A stretch of 64,000 nucleotides of DNA, taken from the NCBI RefSeq assembly GCF_001194135.2, contig NC_068998.1, positions 39,888,422 to 39,952,421 on the forward strand, given 5' to 3'. Numbering within the stretch: position 1 is the stretch's first letter; every line of letters starts with the position of its first letter. Both the position numbers and the translations under genes were made by a program. The notes below the pieces were generated by a model. It was not told the origin of the DNA. It ran no database searches and saw only the letters and a program-made list of their open reading frames with translations. Shown in pieces: positions 14,075-27,870 of this stretch. The DNA is from Octopus bimaculoides (taxonomy: Eukaryota).

Positions 14075-16564
14075 CTGTAAAATAGAGAACAAATAAAAAA
14101 GGTCAAGAAGGAGAGGTCAGGCAGATGCGGCAGTAGATGCCATCAGCTATTTACAAACCATATTGATGTATTTAACAATCATTTTAACAAAGCATATTTA
14201 TAGCAATATACAAAAACACACAAACATATTATTATCACCATCGTCTGTCCCTCTTCTATGCTGGCATGCCTGTTTTTCTTTTTATCCCATCTTATATTGC
14301 AAAAGGTGAATAATAGACTCATTGGTTATAGGTTTCCAATGAACCAATCACAAGTTCACAAAAATTATGGTGGTTAACAGAGACGGGATTGTCTAATAGG
14401 TTGGAATAAATACTGCATGGTAGAATTTTTTTCTTTTTTGGTGGGGGNNNNNNNNNNNNNNNNNNTTTTTTTTTTTTTGGGGGGGGGGGGGGGAGTAGAT
14501 CATCAGTTTTCAGTTACCCCAATGATGCTTAAATTTTTGGTTGATAAGCATTGGTGAAAGATATACATGTACACAAGCAAACATGAACACATGCACTCAC
14601 ACTCTCTCACTCACAAACATATGCACACACATGTATATAACAAGTTTCCACGCAGTTTCCATCAATCAAATTCCACGCATAAAGCATACATCAACTTAAA
14701 AGTTGCATGAAGTTAAACTCAGAAACAGTCACACCCTTGTATCTTATCACTCAACTCTATACCCAATTCTTGTCTTGCAAGTACTTGGAGACTTCATCAG
14801 TGCTAATGTCACAAGAAAACACCCATTACACTTTGTGAAATGGTCAGCATTATGCAGGGCATCCAGTTGTAGAAACCATGCCAAAGTAGACATAAGAACT
14901 TGACACAGCACTTTGGCTCATCTGTTCAGATCAAACCCATCCAATCCATTTCAACATGGAAAAGAAAAAAAAAGCATTAAATGATGATGATGACACACAC
15001 ACAAACACTCACAGAGAGGCACAAAAGAAAAAAAAAAGGAAGAACTTCAACACGCTATATACATGTCTTATTATTTAATAATAAGCAGGAAGAATATCTG
15101 CAAATAGGACATATATGAGTGTATTGAAAGTTAAAAGGAATGGTTATAGAGATAGCAAGAATAATATATAATTTTTCCCTTATTTTCTACACACCAACAG
15201 AAAAACAGACCTCTACTGGTCTTGTTGTCACAATAATTCAATAATAGTTAGATAGCACATACTTAGTGAATGTGGGTTAAAAAATACAACATTAATATAC
15301 TGAAAAAAAGTTTCATTATATAACATTGATAAAAAATTTGGGCACACACAATGTGCTGTGTGAATTTACATACATTAGCCAATTAGATCATTTATGTAGT
15401 AGAAAAAGTATTATGGAAAATGTATGGACAAAGGTATAAAATCAATTGAGTAATGTGTTGGAAAAAATATTCATATGTATTTTCTTGTTTGTAAAGTTAA
15501 ATATGTGTTGAAGCAGATAAGGCGAAGAATAAAAAGAAAAAGCAGATCGCACATATTTTTAAAGTGGTAGAAATAACAATTGGCAAATAATTTTCAATTC
15601 AGCCAAATGTCTCATGATTTGAGGTAGCCAAATCTGTTCTATTAAAACAAAGAGTTAATGCTGGCTGAGAGAGGAGGAGGATGAGGAGAGAGGGAGAGGG
15701 AGAGAGGTAAAACAGCTTATTCATGCCAGTCAATTGCCTAGAGCAAGGAAAGAGAACACACATTTGAGTTTTGTCTTAAATGGCCACCAAATTTCTGGTC
15801 TATGATTGACTCAAAATCATTTAAGTAAGGGGAAACACTAAAATGTCACCTACTTATCATCTTTGCATTCAACAAGTTATATATATATATATATATACAC
15901 AAACACACACATATAAGATTAAAAATTGCAAAGATGGATAACAAAGGAACACATAGAAGATTCACACAGAAGCAGTGGACATGTTCTTCCCTCATCAGTT
16001 TTTGTCCAAAGATCATAATAATTTAGTACCTTTTGTGTAAGATTGTTCGTTTTGGTGGTGTCGACAACAAAATGCTGCTATGAATAAGTGAGTAAATGTA
16101 AAGGATGGTGAGAAAAAACAAATGACACAGTTAGTTGGTACATATGTAAAAATGACATACAAATAAAGGCGTTACAGCTATGAGACAGCATTAAGACAAG
16201 ATGTGTGGAAGTAACACTAATGGAAAATGATGTCCTATACAACTTGAGAAGGAAAGTAGAGAGATATAAAAAAGTTGGAAGGTTAGGGGGAGAAAGAGAG
16301 AGAGAGAGCACTGGTTAACTGCAAAAATTTCAACGTTGACTGTAAAAGTGACTGTTCATTATGATATTTCTCACTAAAGTACATCTCTATGTGTTTTAAT
16401 TAAATTCTCAAGTAATTGTGAAATAAAAGTGGCTTTATAAAATAACTATACCTTTTTTTATTGACTAATAATATTGTTTGAAATATAACAAAACACCCAA
16501 ATTCTATAAATGTATTAGGGAATTTGTTTCATAACTAAGTACAGGTAAAATATGTAATGTAAAG

Positions 16565-16791
16565 TTAAACTCTTTAACATTTGAATAGGCCATATCTAGC
16601 TGAAATATTAATATTCTACCTGTTTTAAGTTCAAGCTGGCCATATCCAGCCTTTCACACCTACATTACAATGTCATTCTAAAAATAAACAATCACATCAT
16701 CAAAATCTCAAGGCTACAAAATAATTCGTAATTAATTCAAAATGATGTTAGTAATACATTTGGCTGAGTAGTCTGAGTAACAAAGGGCTAA
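16565..16791 (-). mobile_element. TTAA-flanked MITE family 1, inverted older copy
   Basis: Reverse-complement homology to 7630-7844 (ggccatatc..tacaatgtcattctaaaaataaacaatcacatcatc); the ends are ttaa and ctaa. Confidence 0.7.
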
Positions 16792-17629
16792 ATATGATCG
16801 AATAACATGAACTACTAGCCAATATATATTCATATCACTTACTAAATGCTGATTATTACATTTATGGCAAAAATACACTAATTTGGTCCAGGCTATCCTT
16901 TTTCCACTCCACTCTGTTTACCTTTTACATGGTGGTTAGATTCAACCATTATTATGTGGGACATTTCAATTCAAATAAATGGAAGTTAATAAATAATCAA
17001 TGGGTTTCAAGTCAAGATAATGACTGGGTCTGATTCATTCTGAAAATTTTGGACAAGAAATATTGAAAAAAAACAAAAAATTCCCTTTCACTATTCTCTT
17101 TCAAATCATTGCTTTCATTACCATCACTACTGCTGTCCAATATTGTTTGAAGTATCCAGTTTAAAGTCCATAAAGTCTTATGCTTAAAGTAGCATTTTAG
17201 TTGGCGTCTTCATACATCATTCAAACTCAGAGTGGTCATTACTAAATTTGACATCCATATAATTTTAAACAATTTTTGTTTAAAAAAAAAGGCTATATGC
17301 AATAGAAATGAGGGAACAAGAAAAAGGAAAGGATCAGGGGAAAAAAAATATTCCTCCAAATTCGGAAAACACAATATTTGTGTTTAGATATGATGTCTTG
17401 AGTGGAACAAGTGTTTATCATGTGAAACTACATCACTAATACAGTAATAGATATTCATGTCAATATTTTGATTTAAATATGAATAGGTAAAAGCATGCAG
17501 TCTCAAGCACTATGGTTATTCTGTGAGGATAGGTGATACTAGGCTGGTTGAATATGAAAGGGTTAAGACATTGGGCATTAGGTGTAAAAATATTAAAAAG
17601 ACCCTCCTCAACTTGGATGTAAACACAGC

Positions 17630-17830
17630 TTCTATGTATGTATGTATACATATATACACACACACACATATATATACATACACAAATATATACACATACA
17701 TATATACATACATATACACATACATATATACTTACATATATATATATGTATACATACATATACAGGAATACATACATATAACTATGTATACATACATATA
17801 CATATATATACACACACATATATATATACA

Positions 17831-17869
<39 letters not shown>

Positions 17870-18050
17870 GCATATATATACACACACACACACACACATA
17901 TATATATACGCATATATACATACACATATACATATACACATATATATATATACACACATAATATATATACATATACATACATATGTATACATACATGCAT
18001 ATAAATATATATATGTATATATGCATGTGTATTTGTGTCTAACATTTTTA
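17630..18050. repeat. Compound (TA)/(CA) microsatellite
   Basis: Directly visible; it accounts for the YI/HT/VC-rich ORFs in the track. Confidence 0.97.
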
Positions 18051-19096
18051 TGATTTATATACTTATCTGAGTAAATACATATGCAAACATATGACCTACC
18101 TACCTACCTACCAACCTACCTACCTACCTTCCTACCTACCTACATACATACGTACATACATACATACACAGCTTGTATGTAGATGGCTTAAAATTTGAAC
18201 ATAAGTTTTTAAACTTGAAACCTCCCTCACAATCTCCAATGTTTAGTAATCCTATTACACGACTAAGAAATAGAAATCCCATGTTGTTGGTAGTTTCTTT
18301 AACTGATAGTACTACTATAGCTACAACTGCAACAACACTACAACTAAGATAAAAAAAAAAAAAAGAAAGAAAGAAGAAAAAAATTACAAGAGACAACGAA
18401 AACAATCCCCCTCTCCTGAACAAAACAAAAGAGAAGTGAAAATTGTATAGCAAACTATAAGTAAATTTCATGCTGATAACTTATTTCAATGTCCTTTCTT
18501 TATCACTCCGCTTACTAACCACAGAGATAACAATAACTACAGTAACCACAGACACAACAACAACAATTTCTTTCAAAATAATGCCTAAATAGATTATATT
18601 CAAAAGAGATGCAGTTTTTCTTGAAAGCTGATTATAAAGTAAGCTTTATAACCTGTGTCCATTTTCCTTCTCCATGCTTTTATGAGTTTGAGAAGACAGG
18701 CTTGTTTGAACCATTTCCATATTGTTGTTGCTATTGTTACTGTTGACATTCTTCAGCTATGGTTCACTGCCCTTCCTGATAACTGGCTTGGCACTAAACT
18801 ATTAAGTTGATTTTCTGTTAAGACAGTTGTTATTAAGAGAATTGGCCGACTGTAATTTGTTTTTATTTATCCTAACGGTACTCACTTGCTTGTCCAAACC
18901 ATATGTGCCAAGAGTTCTAATAGGGAGGCTCTACATAGTCTTTTCATCTGTTAGGAATAGCAGCCAAATCACCTTCAAATCAAAACCTAATGTCTTAAAA
19001 AAAAAGGTAAGAATACATTGGATAATGTAGTCGTATGTGTGTGTGTGTGTGCGTGTATACACACATGTATACACCACATGCACACACACACACATA

Positions 19097-19570
19097 TGAG
19101 GATTGTATTGAAAGTACTATAAAAGTGGACAGCATTTTTATCACTGCCACAAATCATTCCAATTGCACATGTTGGAAAAATAACTCTTCCTCGATAGAAA
19201 CTCTTCTGTCTGTACCACCTTATTGTAGGCAAACAGCAGGTTCCAAGCAGAAGCAATGTACCATTATGAGTTCTTGACAAAAGAGGGGTGCAGAATGTCT
19301 GGTTTTCACAGACAGCTACAAGTTATTTATGGAGATGACAATATAAATAACTTGTACAGATGGTTAAGCTGAGAAAAGAGGAAACCAGCATTGGTGACAA
19401 ACCACATAATGGAAGACTGCTGACATAAATCACCAGTGAGGGAATGAATGAATTAATGCGGACAAACAAATCACAATTTGTGAGTTTGCAGCACAAATTG
19501 GCTGTGGTCACAATACACTACAGAAAATATTGGATAGTGTATGCAAAATGAGCACCTCAGCAGTTGGCAT
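19097..19570 (+). mobile_element. Decayed mariner-like DNA transposon, 5' end
   Basis: TA followed by TGAGGATTGTATTGAAAGT (TIR-like). Frameshifted peptides KQKQCTI/EFLTKEGCRMSGFHRQLQVIYGDD..YRW, IGDKPHNGR and ITICEFAAQIGCGHNTLQKIL resemble the mariner N-terminal HTH domains. Confidence 0.7.
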
Positions 19571-22144
19571 CTAATTTGAAGAATAGAAGGGAAGAAGTAT
19601 GCTCTGGTCAACTGGAAAGGTGGGTGTATCTTTATGAGCTGAAAATGTAAGCTCAGTCTCTGAAATGGTGTTATATCTCTTTTCCAAGAAGTTCAAGTGC
19701 CAGCAACTGACACAGAAACCCAGCACTATGAGATAATGAAATTGACCATTTCACTTGTACATAGTGTCTATGTGGATCTCTAGTTTGGCGATTGTAAAAA
19801 GATAACTTACTGTTCAACAGGAGATTTTGCTGCTACATTAAGCTAGTAAAGTGACAAATGTTGGAGTCCACACAATGTCTATGTGAAGTTAAATGTACTG
19901 CTTAGTTGATATTTAAGCTCAGCAGAATTTCATCTTATTGACATAGACAGATGTATTGGTGTCCCTAAAAAACTAGTGTGTTTTAAAAGAGACTGATGCC
20001 GAGCTGTTGTTCAAAATTGTTGTTATTTAGTATTGAATCAGAACCTGATCAAGTAGACCCAGTATCTAAAACATTCCTACAATATATCCATTCTGCTGAT
20101 ATTTATTTCATACATAATAATATATCTAGGATTATCTTACTGTGAAAAAAGTAAGTTTGAAGGAGATGATTTGGTTACTAAATCTAGCAGGTTGAGCTAA
20201 TACATAGAAGCTCTCCCAGCAATTTGTTTATTCTAAGTTATTTAAGCAGATATCCCTCTACAACTGATAATTCCTGCTAGATACACAAATGTACACAGAA
20301 TACAAACATATGTACAAACACACACACAGACATACATACATGTAATGCAAGTGCTGTTGAGTGGCGATATACAAATGAGCTTGAGTCTAGAACCCAGGTT
20401 CAGTTCTCAGTTAAATAGTTTGTAGCAGGCTAAATGTGATGTGCCATATCATGTCGATATGATGTAGCCCACTACTGAATGTAGCATGTAGAATCGGAGC
20501 AAACAGTGAACATTGAAGAATCAACACTATGAAGGAAGAAATATTATTTACATATATTTATTTGTTTGCCTAACAGGGAGTTAAAATAGCAATGCTAGTG
20601 ATAGTGACAACAGGGTTGGCTCGCTGGTTAGTAGTTGATAGTGTAGAAGTTGCTCTCAGTGGAGAGAGAAAGAGTAAAGAATGCACGGAGCCAACTAGAA
20701 AGGAAGCAAAGATAAAGGTGGCATCGTCTTTCTTGTGGCCGAGCAAAGTGCTGCTCTTGGTCATGGCTGACACAAAAGAGTGTGTTGCTCCTTGGTCATA
20801 GCTGACAGAAAAGAGGAAGAGATAGAAACTGTTCTGTTATATAGACTATGGTCAGTAATGTAGGTCAGACCCTAAACAAACGACTGACCAGCACAGGTCC
20901 TAGGGTGTTGAGTGTTTCCTCATCAATCATCTAGTGCGGAGAGGATTCCCCCTCACCACCACCAGTGCTTGTTTTGACAAGCAACAAACGGGTGGATTTG
21001 ATTTTAAATCTCAGGCAGGGTCAAGTTAGATCCATACAAGTTTCCCTTCACTTCCGATACTTGTCCATTACCAATCATAATCAATAGTCTAAAGGCATGA
21101 ACACAAGGCATTCAGTGATGACTCAACTGGCTATTAAAAGCTGTGAGATATTTTCATAATACATTTTTACCTCCATGTAGTGTGGCCAATCAACTTGAAA
21201 GGACATAGCTTCCTATAGAATACTGATGAAACCAGAAACTGCAACTATAAGAAGTAATTATTATGTGATCTCTAACATCTTTTTTAGATATTGATCTAAA
21301 TTTTAGTTAGTTAATTTATAATTTATACACGTTTTTGGCAGGAGTAATTCTTCTCTATGCATCATAACCAGATGAACTATTTTACATTACTAAATATCAA
21401 TAGAAAAAGTAACAAAACATAACAATACTCTGCTTGGCTAAGTCACTAAATAATCCAAGAGAAGAGGTATAACACAGTTGCTCGATCTGCTAGAAACAAC
21501 AGCAAAATATATGATTGCAAACCTATGACATACATGCCAACAGTGCCATGCTGCAGGTTTTCTGGGGACATATGAAAGATTTGAAAAATAAATTACCCTG
21601 AAATGTCATATTATAAAAGGCTTGCTAAATTTAACAGAAAAATTTTAAAGTTAAACATAGCCTTAAAAAAATTGTATTTTTTAGTGATAGCTAATGATAC
21701 AACACTTTACATTACAACGCTGCAGAAATTAACAGTCACTTACAAATTAACAAATTAGCAATTCTTCATTGACTGCTCACATAGGTTAACATGATATGAC
21801 AAGCACATGATTTTTAGGCAAGTTCTTTTTTTGCATTTTTTTCCAATTTTAAAAAGTTTTATTTTCTAAACCCAAAGATAATGACATTAATTGCAGATAA
21901 AAAATTCAAATTATCTGAAAGAAGTGGAAAAAAATTCTCAAGATTGGTGGACTGAACTATATAGTGTTATTGATGAGAGTGATAAAGTTCTTTGCATATT
22001 GTGTGAGCTGCAGGTTGTGAGTAGAAGTCAGAATGTAAAAGAGGATTTTTACATTAAGTACTATTTTGTTCCTACAAAAAAAAAAACCAAAACAAAACCC
22101 TTGAGGATTGTAAGTATGATTGAAAATCTTTTACCCCAAAACCA

Positions 22145-22203
22145 CCAAAATCCGAAAGTTTTTTGAATGCTGACATAACATGCCACAAATGGAAAATTCC
22201 ACA
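22145..22203 (+). mobile_element. Possible Tigger/pogo-like DNA transposon fragment
   Basis: ccaaaatccgaaagttttttgaatgctgacataacatgccacaaatggaaaattccaca resembles my recollection of the Tigger4/Zombi consensus; no search was run. Confidence 0.4.
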
Positions 22204-22891
22204 AAGTACTGCTGTTGTGTGCTGTTATGACATGTGAGTTTGTAAGCAGTGATCATCATGTTTTTTTTTTGTTTTTTTTTTCATACAGTAAACACAAATG
22301 TTATTTTTACAGGAGATCTGAATTTCACTTCCATGTATGAGTGTAACATGACAAGCATCATTACTTGTACATTAATTTAAAAATAAAAGGCTGACTTCTT
22401 TCAGTATTCATTTTATTTACCTGCAATCATGTTCAATGTTTTGTTTTTAAACTTCACATAAAATCTAATGCCTGTATCGTAAAAAAATAAAATACAAATG
22501 GTGTACTGTAACCTTTTAATCAAAACATGACATTGTAGGAGGAGACTGACATCTTACCTTTCTGAAGGTATGTTTTAAAAGATAATTAAAGATCTATATA
22601 ATTCTACATTCAAGGCATATGTACAAGCTGTATATTGAAATGTAAATGGATATTGTGTTTAGACTTGGGTCCCATCCCCAAGCTGTCCCATTTTATAGAT
22701 GCAGATATGAAAATACTCAGAAATCCCAAAGCATCATAAACCTGCACACTTTTAGTCCCAGGAATTTTGTATAAGGGATTCTCAACTGCAATATATATCT
22801 CAAAAGCTAAGATGAAAACCCTCCTAATCAGAGAACTTACTAAAATTCTTGTAGCAGGGAGTTTTATTATTATTTTATACGTCTTCTATCT

Positions 22892-23255
22892 TTTTTACTT
22901 GTTTCAATCATTTTGACTACGACCATGCTGGGGCAACACCTTGAAGTGTTTTAGTTGAACAAATTGAGCCCAGTACTTATTTGTTTTGAAGCCTGATACT
23001 TATTCTGTTGATCACTTATGTTGAACTGCTAAGTTACAGGGACATAAATGCTGGTTGTCAAGTGGTGGTTGAGGACAAACATAACAAACAAAAGGACATA
23101 CACTATGAGCTTCTTTCAGTTTCTACCTACCAAATCAACTCACAAGGCTCTGGTCAAACTGGGGCTATAGTAGAAGACACTCAAGATGCCACACAGTAGG
23201 ACTGATCTACATAGTAAGACTGAACGCAGTTGGGAAGCAAACTCCTTATCACACA
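22892..23255 (-). mobile_element. Composite SINE family C copy (older)
   Basis: Collinear with 52777-53182 and more diverged, with the internal microsatellite almost absent. Confidence 0.8.
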
Positions 23256-23449
23256 TGTGATGCTGTGTTCTTCATGGAAAATCATTAAGTGACGGTATAC
23301 TTATTAAAACGTTTGAAAACTTTCATAATAAGGGCATCATTGTAAAGTGTGTGAATAAGTTAGTAATGAACAGAAATACTATTAAAGGCAATTATGAAAA
23401 TGAACACTAAGACAGAAAATCAAACTGAAGAAACAGATACTTGTGATTT

Positions 23450-24220
23450 TTGCTTTTTCTATTTGTTTTGATAAGACCACTGACTGATATTAGATCATCA
23501 GCTAGATTAGTTATTACTGCATATTTTCAGAGATGTTTTTCATAAGGAATTAATTAAGTCAGAGAATTTGTTTCAAAATATGCCAGGGAAAGACGTTAGT
23601 GATTGTATTTTCTAAGTGTTTATTGAAAGACAAATAGATTTCTCAAAAACAGTTTTGCTTGTGATTGACAGTGCCTCTAATATAGTATGCCAAAATGTTG
23701 GCTTCATAGAGTAATTTACAGAGGCTATTGGTCATCTCCTTGTTTCTTTCCATTGTATTATACATCAGGAAATAATATATGCAAAAACCAGCTTTAAATA
23801 TTTTGATAATGCAATGAGAGTTGCGGCAAAGATAGTCAATTCAATAGCTGCTATGACTTTGCATAAATGAAAATTTACTTTCAAATGAAATTGAATCAAT
23901 TTACAACAGTTAACTAATGTACAATAATGTAAGATCGTTGAGTCAAATGTCAAGTACTTGAATGGTTTGTTGAATGTATAAGTAAAATCAAACTATTTTT
24001 AGATAAACAAAGCATGGAACACAATTTTCATCTCCAGGTAGACTTCAGAGATTTCCGGAATCTTCCATTGAATTTGAATGAGCTTAATATTAAATTGCAA
24101 AGTCTAGGAAATCTGTTGATGTGATGTTTCACTTGATCAAAGTAAACTCAACATAGCTCAGTGTGAATTAGAAAGTAAAAGTTTCAATTACTTCCCAAGG
24201 ATGAAGAAATTTTTTGAAGA
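23450..24220 (+). mobile_element. Decayed hAT (Charlie/SPIN-like) transposase fragment
   Basis: FSICFDKTTD; VIDSASNIV..GF; SFHCIIHQEIIYAK..AMRVAAKIVNSI; NLNELNIKLQ; NYFPRM. These are characteristic hAT motifs (CIIHQE) interrupted by stops and frameshifts. Confidence 0.8.
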
Positions 24221-24712
24221 AACTAAAAGCTTGAACACCACACAAACTAACTTATAGAAGCTTTCTGTGACCTAGTGATTAGGGTATTGAGTTGCTGATC
24301 ATAAGGTTGTGAGTTCAATTCTGGACCAAGCAACACATTATTTCCCTGAGCAAAACACTTCATTTTACATTGCTTTAGTCTATTCAACTAAAAATTAGTA
24401 GTGGTCCAGGGCTAGTATAGCTTTTGCTCACTCTCCAGCTACTACATCTTCAATGTTCTGCTGAGTAAAGAGTATGAGGACTGAGAGGATGTCTATGTCT
24501 GCTCACAGCTACATGGGCACCTAAAACAATTAACAACAATATGGTACATGTTACCAGGTCATACTTGTTTGTGAGTGATAGCTGTAGCTTGTTTTCTAAG
24601 GGCTGTTACTGAGCAGTTTTCTTCTAGATTTTGCAATTTAGTGAGTTATAGGAAATAAATATGATTTATAAAATATCCTGATGAAACAAGTTTTAAAGAT
24701 CTGAATCTAGAA

Positions 24713-24934
24713 TCCTTTTGACACCAACCCGCCTGAGACCACCCGTGGTACTATGATACAAATTTCCTGTTTTAAAGTCATCTCACTTAAAACCTTCCAA
24801 CAAAATTTCCTGTTAATGTTCTAAACCCCAGCTTAATATTGACAAAGTTGTTTTACAAAATTCTTCGTTATATTTTAAAATTAATTGAAACAAAGTAATG
24901 TATTCTAACAGAAATATGATAACAAAAGGGTTAA
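24713..24934 (+). mobile_element. MITE family 2, single copy
   Basis: ccttttgacaccaacccgcctgagaccacc..aaatatgataacaaaaggg-TTAA, homologous to both halves of 5165-5575. Confidence 0.75.
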
Positions 24935-25700
24935 ATTCATTTGGATGGTTGGATTTAAGAGATCTGAAAATGCCGTTAATTGACTTCCATTCCAATCTCA
25001 TTTTGAAGTAAAAAAAAAAAAAATCATTACATGTTGAACTGATTTGTAAGAAACTAAATGTGAATTAATTGTGAATAAACATTCACGATATGACTTCTAA
25101 AAGTGTGGAATTGCATTTCTGAAAATTTTGGTGCTCTTAAAAAATACTTGCAAAAGCACTCCAAACCATTTTCTCACCAATGTATTGATGTGAAATATTG
25201 TTTCCAGCACTAAATAACACAGAAGAGAAACAAAATGGTTGATGACTCGAATGCTTTCTATGTAACATTAAAGTGTACACGCCATATCTGCCCCACCCCC
25301 CACCTTAACCCATCCATAAATTAAGTCTTCTTGAACTTAGCAACAGAAACGTCAATAAAGTTAAAGGGACATTTTAAAAATTTCACTTTCTTCTCCCAGT
25401 TTTAATAAAATAATGAGATTTCAAGTTATATTTTATTAAACTCTTAGTTTTATAAATGTACTAGCAGTTAAACCCGGTTTCACCCGGTCGGTTTGGTTCA
25501 TGTGGCTGTAAAACCTGCTCCATGTAAGCATTCGATTTGTTTGGGCACGCTTACGTTAAAAAGCAATTTTAGAATGACCTTTTCTGTCAAAACGCTAAAA
25601 ATGACTGACCAACAAAAAATTTTAAAAACCCAACCAAGATTCAACTAAATCAAAAAATAAACCCAAATACTAAGCGAACAAAGATGAACCATCTCACTTC

Positions 25701-25926
25701 CATTTGAGCGTGGCCGTTGCCAGTACCGCCTGACTGGCCCTCATGCCGGTGGCACATAAAAAGCACCCACTACACTCTCGGAGTGGTTGGCGTTAGGAAG
25801 GGCATCCAGCTGTAGAAACTCTGCCAGATCAGATTGGAGTCTGGTGTAGCCATCTGGTTCGCCAGTCCCAAGTCAAATCGTCCAATCCATGCTAGCATGG
25901 AAAGCGGACGTTAAATGAGGATGATG

Positions 25927-25928
<2 letters not shown>
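25701..25928 (+). mobile_element. Retroposon family A copy
   Basis: ggccgttgccagtaccgcctgactggcc..ggcgttaggaagggcatccagctgtagaaactctgcc..ggaaagcggacgttaaatgaggatgatgat. Confidence 0.88.
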
Positions 25929-25958
<30 letters not shown>

Positions 25959-26360
25959 TTGTATATGTTTGTGTGTCTGTGTTTGTTCCTCCACTTAGTG
26001 GTTTGGCAAAAAAGACCAACAGAATAAGTACTAGGCTTACAAAGGATAAGTCTTTTCGACTAAAGGCAGTGCTCCAGCATGGCCGCAGTCAAATGTTTGC
26101 AACAAGTAACAGAATACACACATACATAAACACCTTATACCCCTGCTAATCCAAGCCACTATAATTCAGCACTTGTACTCCTCTATACACATGCACATAC
26201 CTAAAAAACACACACATCACTTCCCCTGTTTTATGTCCATCTAAAGCATGGATACACTCCTTTATATGTAAACATCTCCTTTCTTCTGAATTACTCATTT
26301 ACTTGCTTTTTTCCCTTCTTAACAACTTTCCCTCTTTTTCATTCCTTCTATGCATTTCTT

Positions 26361-26390
26361 CTGCTGAAGGACTAATGTCCAAAATGTTCC
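26361..26390 (+). ncRNA. Strongly decayed hammerhead-like motif, probable PLE terminus
   Basis: CTGCTGA-A-GGAC-TAAT-GTCC-AAAATGTT has a perfect 4-bp hairpin between degenerate CUGAUGA and GAAAC boxes. Confidence 0.3.
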
Positions 26391-27624
26391 TTTAGGTATT
26401 AAAGTAATACACTGTTTGTTAGAACCTGTCCCTCTCGTGTCTTTTTGTTTTTCTTTTTGTGCATAATATTTCCAGTATTACAAAAACAGTCTGTTTATCC
26501 GAGGCATGTTCATTTTTATATCATTTTTCAATGCTAGTATGGGTGGGATGAATATATTGTTGAAACATTGCTTTACAGCCGGATGTCCTTCCTGTTGCAA
26601 ATCGTTACCTGTTTTCCAAGCAAGAGATATTTTATTCTACACATCTATGAAGAAGCAAAGTCAGCAGATAACCCTTTGACAAAGAAAATAATAGCAAAGG
26701 CATTGCCCATAGGTGAGTGATTCTTGGAGAAGTACATATCCAAACAAATACACACACATACACATGTGACAATGATCAAACATGTAGACTGGTATCTCAT
26801 GGTTTCTTGCTTGAATCAGATTTTTTCTAGGAAAAAAACAAAAACAAAACAAAGCAAAAAAACCCCCAGTTTTTGCTAGACTTGGTTTCTAAATTATCAT
26901 CATCATCATTTAAAGCCATATTTGATGCAGGCTTGGACTGAGAACTGTGTTGAGCTCCAATGTCTGCATTGGCATGGATTCTATGGTTGGATGCCCTTCC
27001 TCACACCAATAATTTTACAGAGTATACTGCGTGCTTTTTTCATGCCAAGAGCACCAGTGAGACAACTCATAAGATAAGACCCTTCCTCCGAGTGTGTGGA
27101 GGGGGAATAATATTGAGGGAGAAGGCTTGATGTCAGGCATTGAGAGGTTGAAGTATGATAGAGAGTAAATGGCTTTTGTAAAAGGAATACATGACTACTC
27201 TAGATAGAAAGAGAGAAACAATGATGATGATGAGGTGTCAGGGTATACATGCAAGGTATTATCTGTCTGTCTGTGCCTGTCTATCTATCTATGCTGGCAT
27301 AGATTGGACATAAGATGGTGTGATTCTTTCCTATTCATTCCAGTCATACTGGTACACTGCTTTCAGAGGTTATAGTTAATGATATCCACCCGGTACTTAT
27401 TTCATTTTGGCATAAATTTTATCATACTATATGAAATGTCTAAATTAATTTTGAACATAAAAGACATACCATACCTGCATGTGCAAAAATGCACTCACAG
27501 CTATGTGGTTATGAGGTCCACTTCTCAATCACATGGTTTTGTGTTCAGTTTCCTTGGGCACTGAGGGGAAGTGATTTCTACTGTAGCACAGAGCAACCCC
27601 CAGAGTTTGTGATTCTCAAGATTG

Positions 27625-27870
27625 GTATTTAAGCAGTGTTACATATCTCAGTGCCCCAATAATTACAAGTATAAACTTGAACTTGTAATCTGGATAGGGT
27701 AACTGAAAATTTCTCAATAGTTCTGTGTAGATATTTTCTTTTTTGCTGATCTTAAGCTTTATGTTAATATCTGCAGAGCAGTTGATTTCCACAACTGTAC
27801 ACAGTTTCTCTTCTCTATCCCAAATCATTATGTCAGGTCTGTTGAGTTTACATTTGATTGAGGTTTTCAC
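27625..27870 (-). mobile_element. RLE-type (R4/Dong-like) non-LTR retrotransposon fragment, restriction-like endonuclease domain
   Basis: RPDIMIWDREEKLCTVVEINCSADINIKLKISKKENIY..YPDYKFKFILVIIGAL fits the RPD..E..K PD-(D/E)XK RLE motif. Confidence 0.8.

Noticed and set aside
17460-18053. YI/HT/VC-repeat ORFs (also at 10-12, 37, 44, 53-54 and 59 kb)
   Set aside because: Translations of dinucleotide microsatellites.
18650-18850. Possible exon (LKNVNSNNSNNNNMEMVQTSLSS..)
   Set aside because: Weak splice sites, stops in all longer frames, no VPS41 similarity.
20570-20805. Overlapping ORFs on both strands; DQGATHSFVS resembles a retroviral-type protease motif
   Set aside because: The catalytic D-S/T-G is not intact and no flanking gag/pol similarity is seen. 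The motif sits in a short local duplication.
25459-25500. Helitron/Helentron-like start (actagcagttaaacccggtttcacccgg)
   Set aside because: Only a short resemblance; no matching 3' hairpin or terminus identified.
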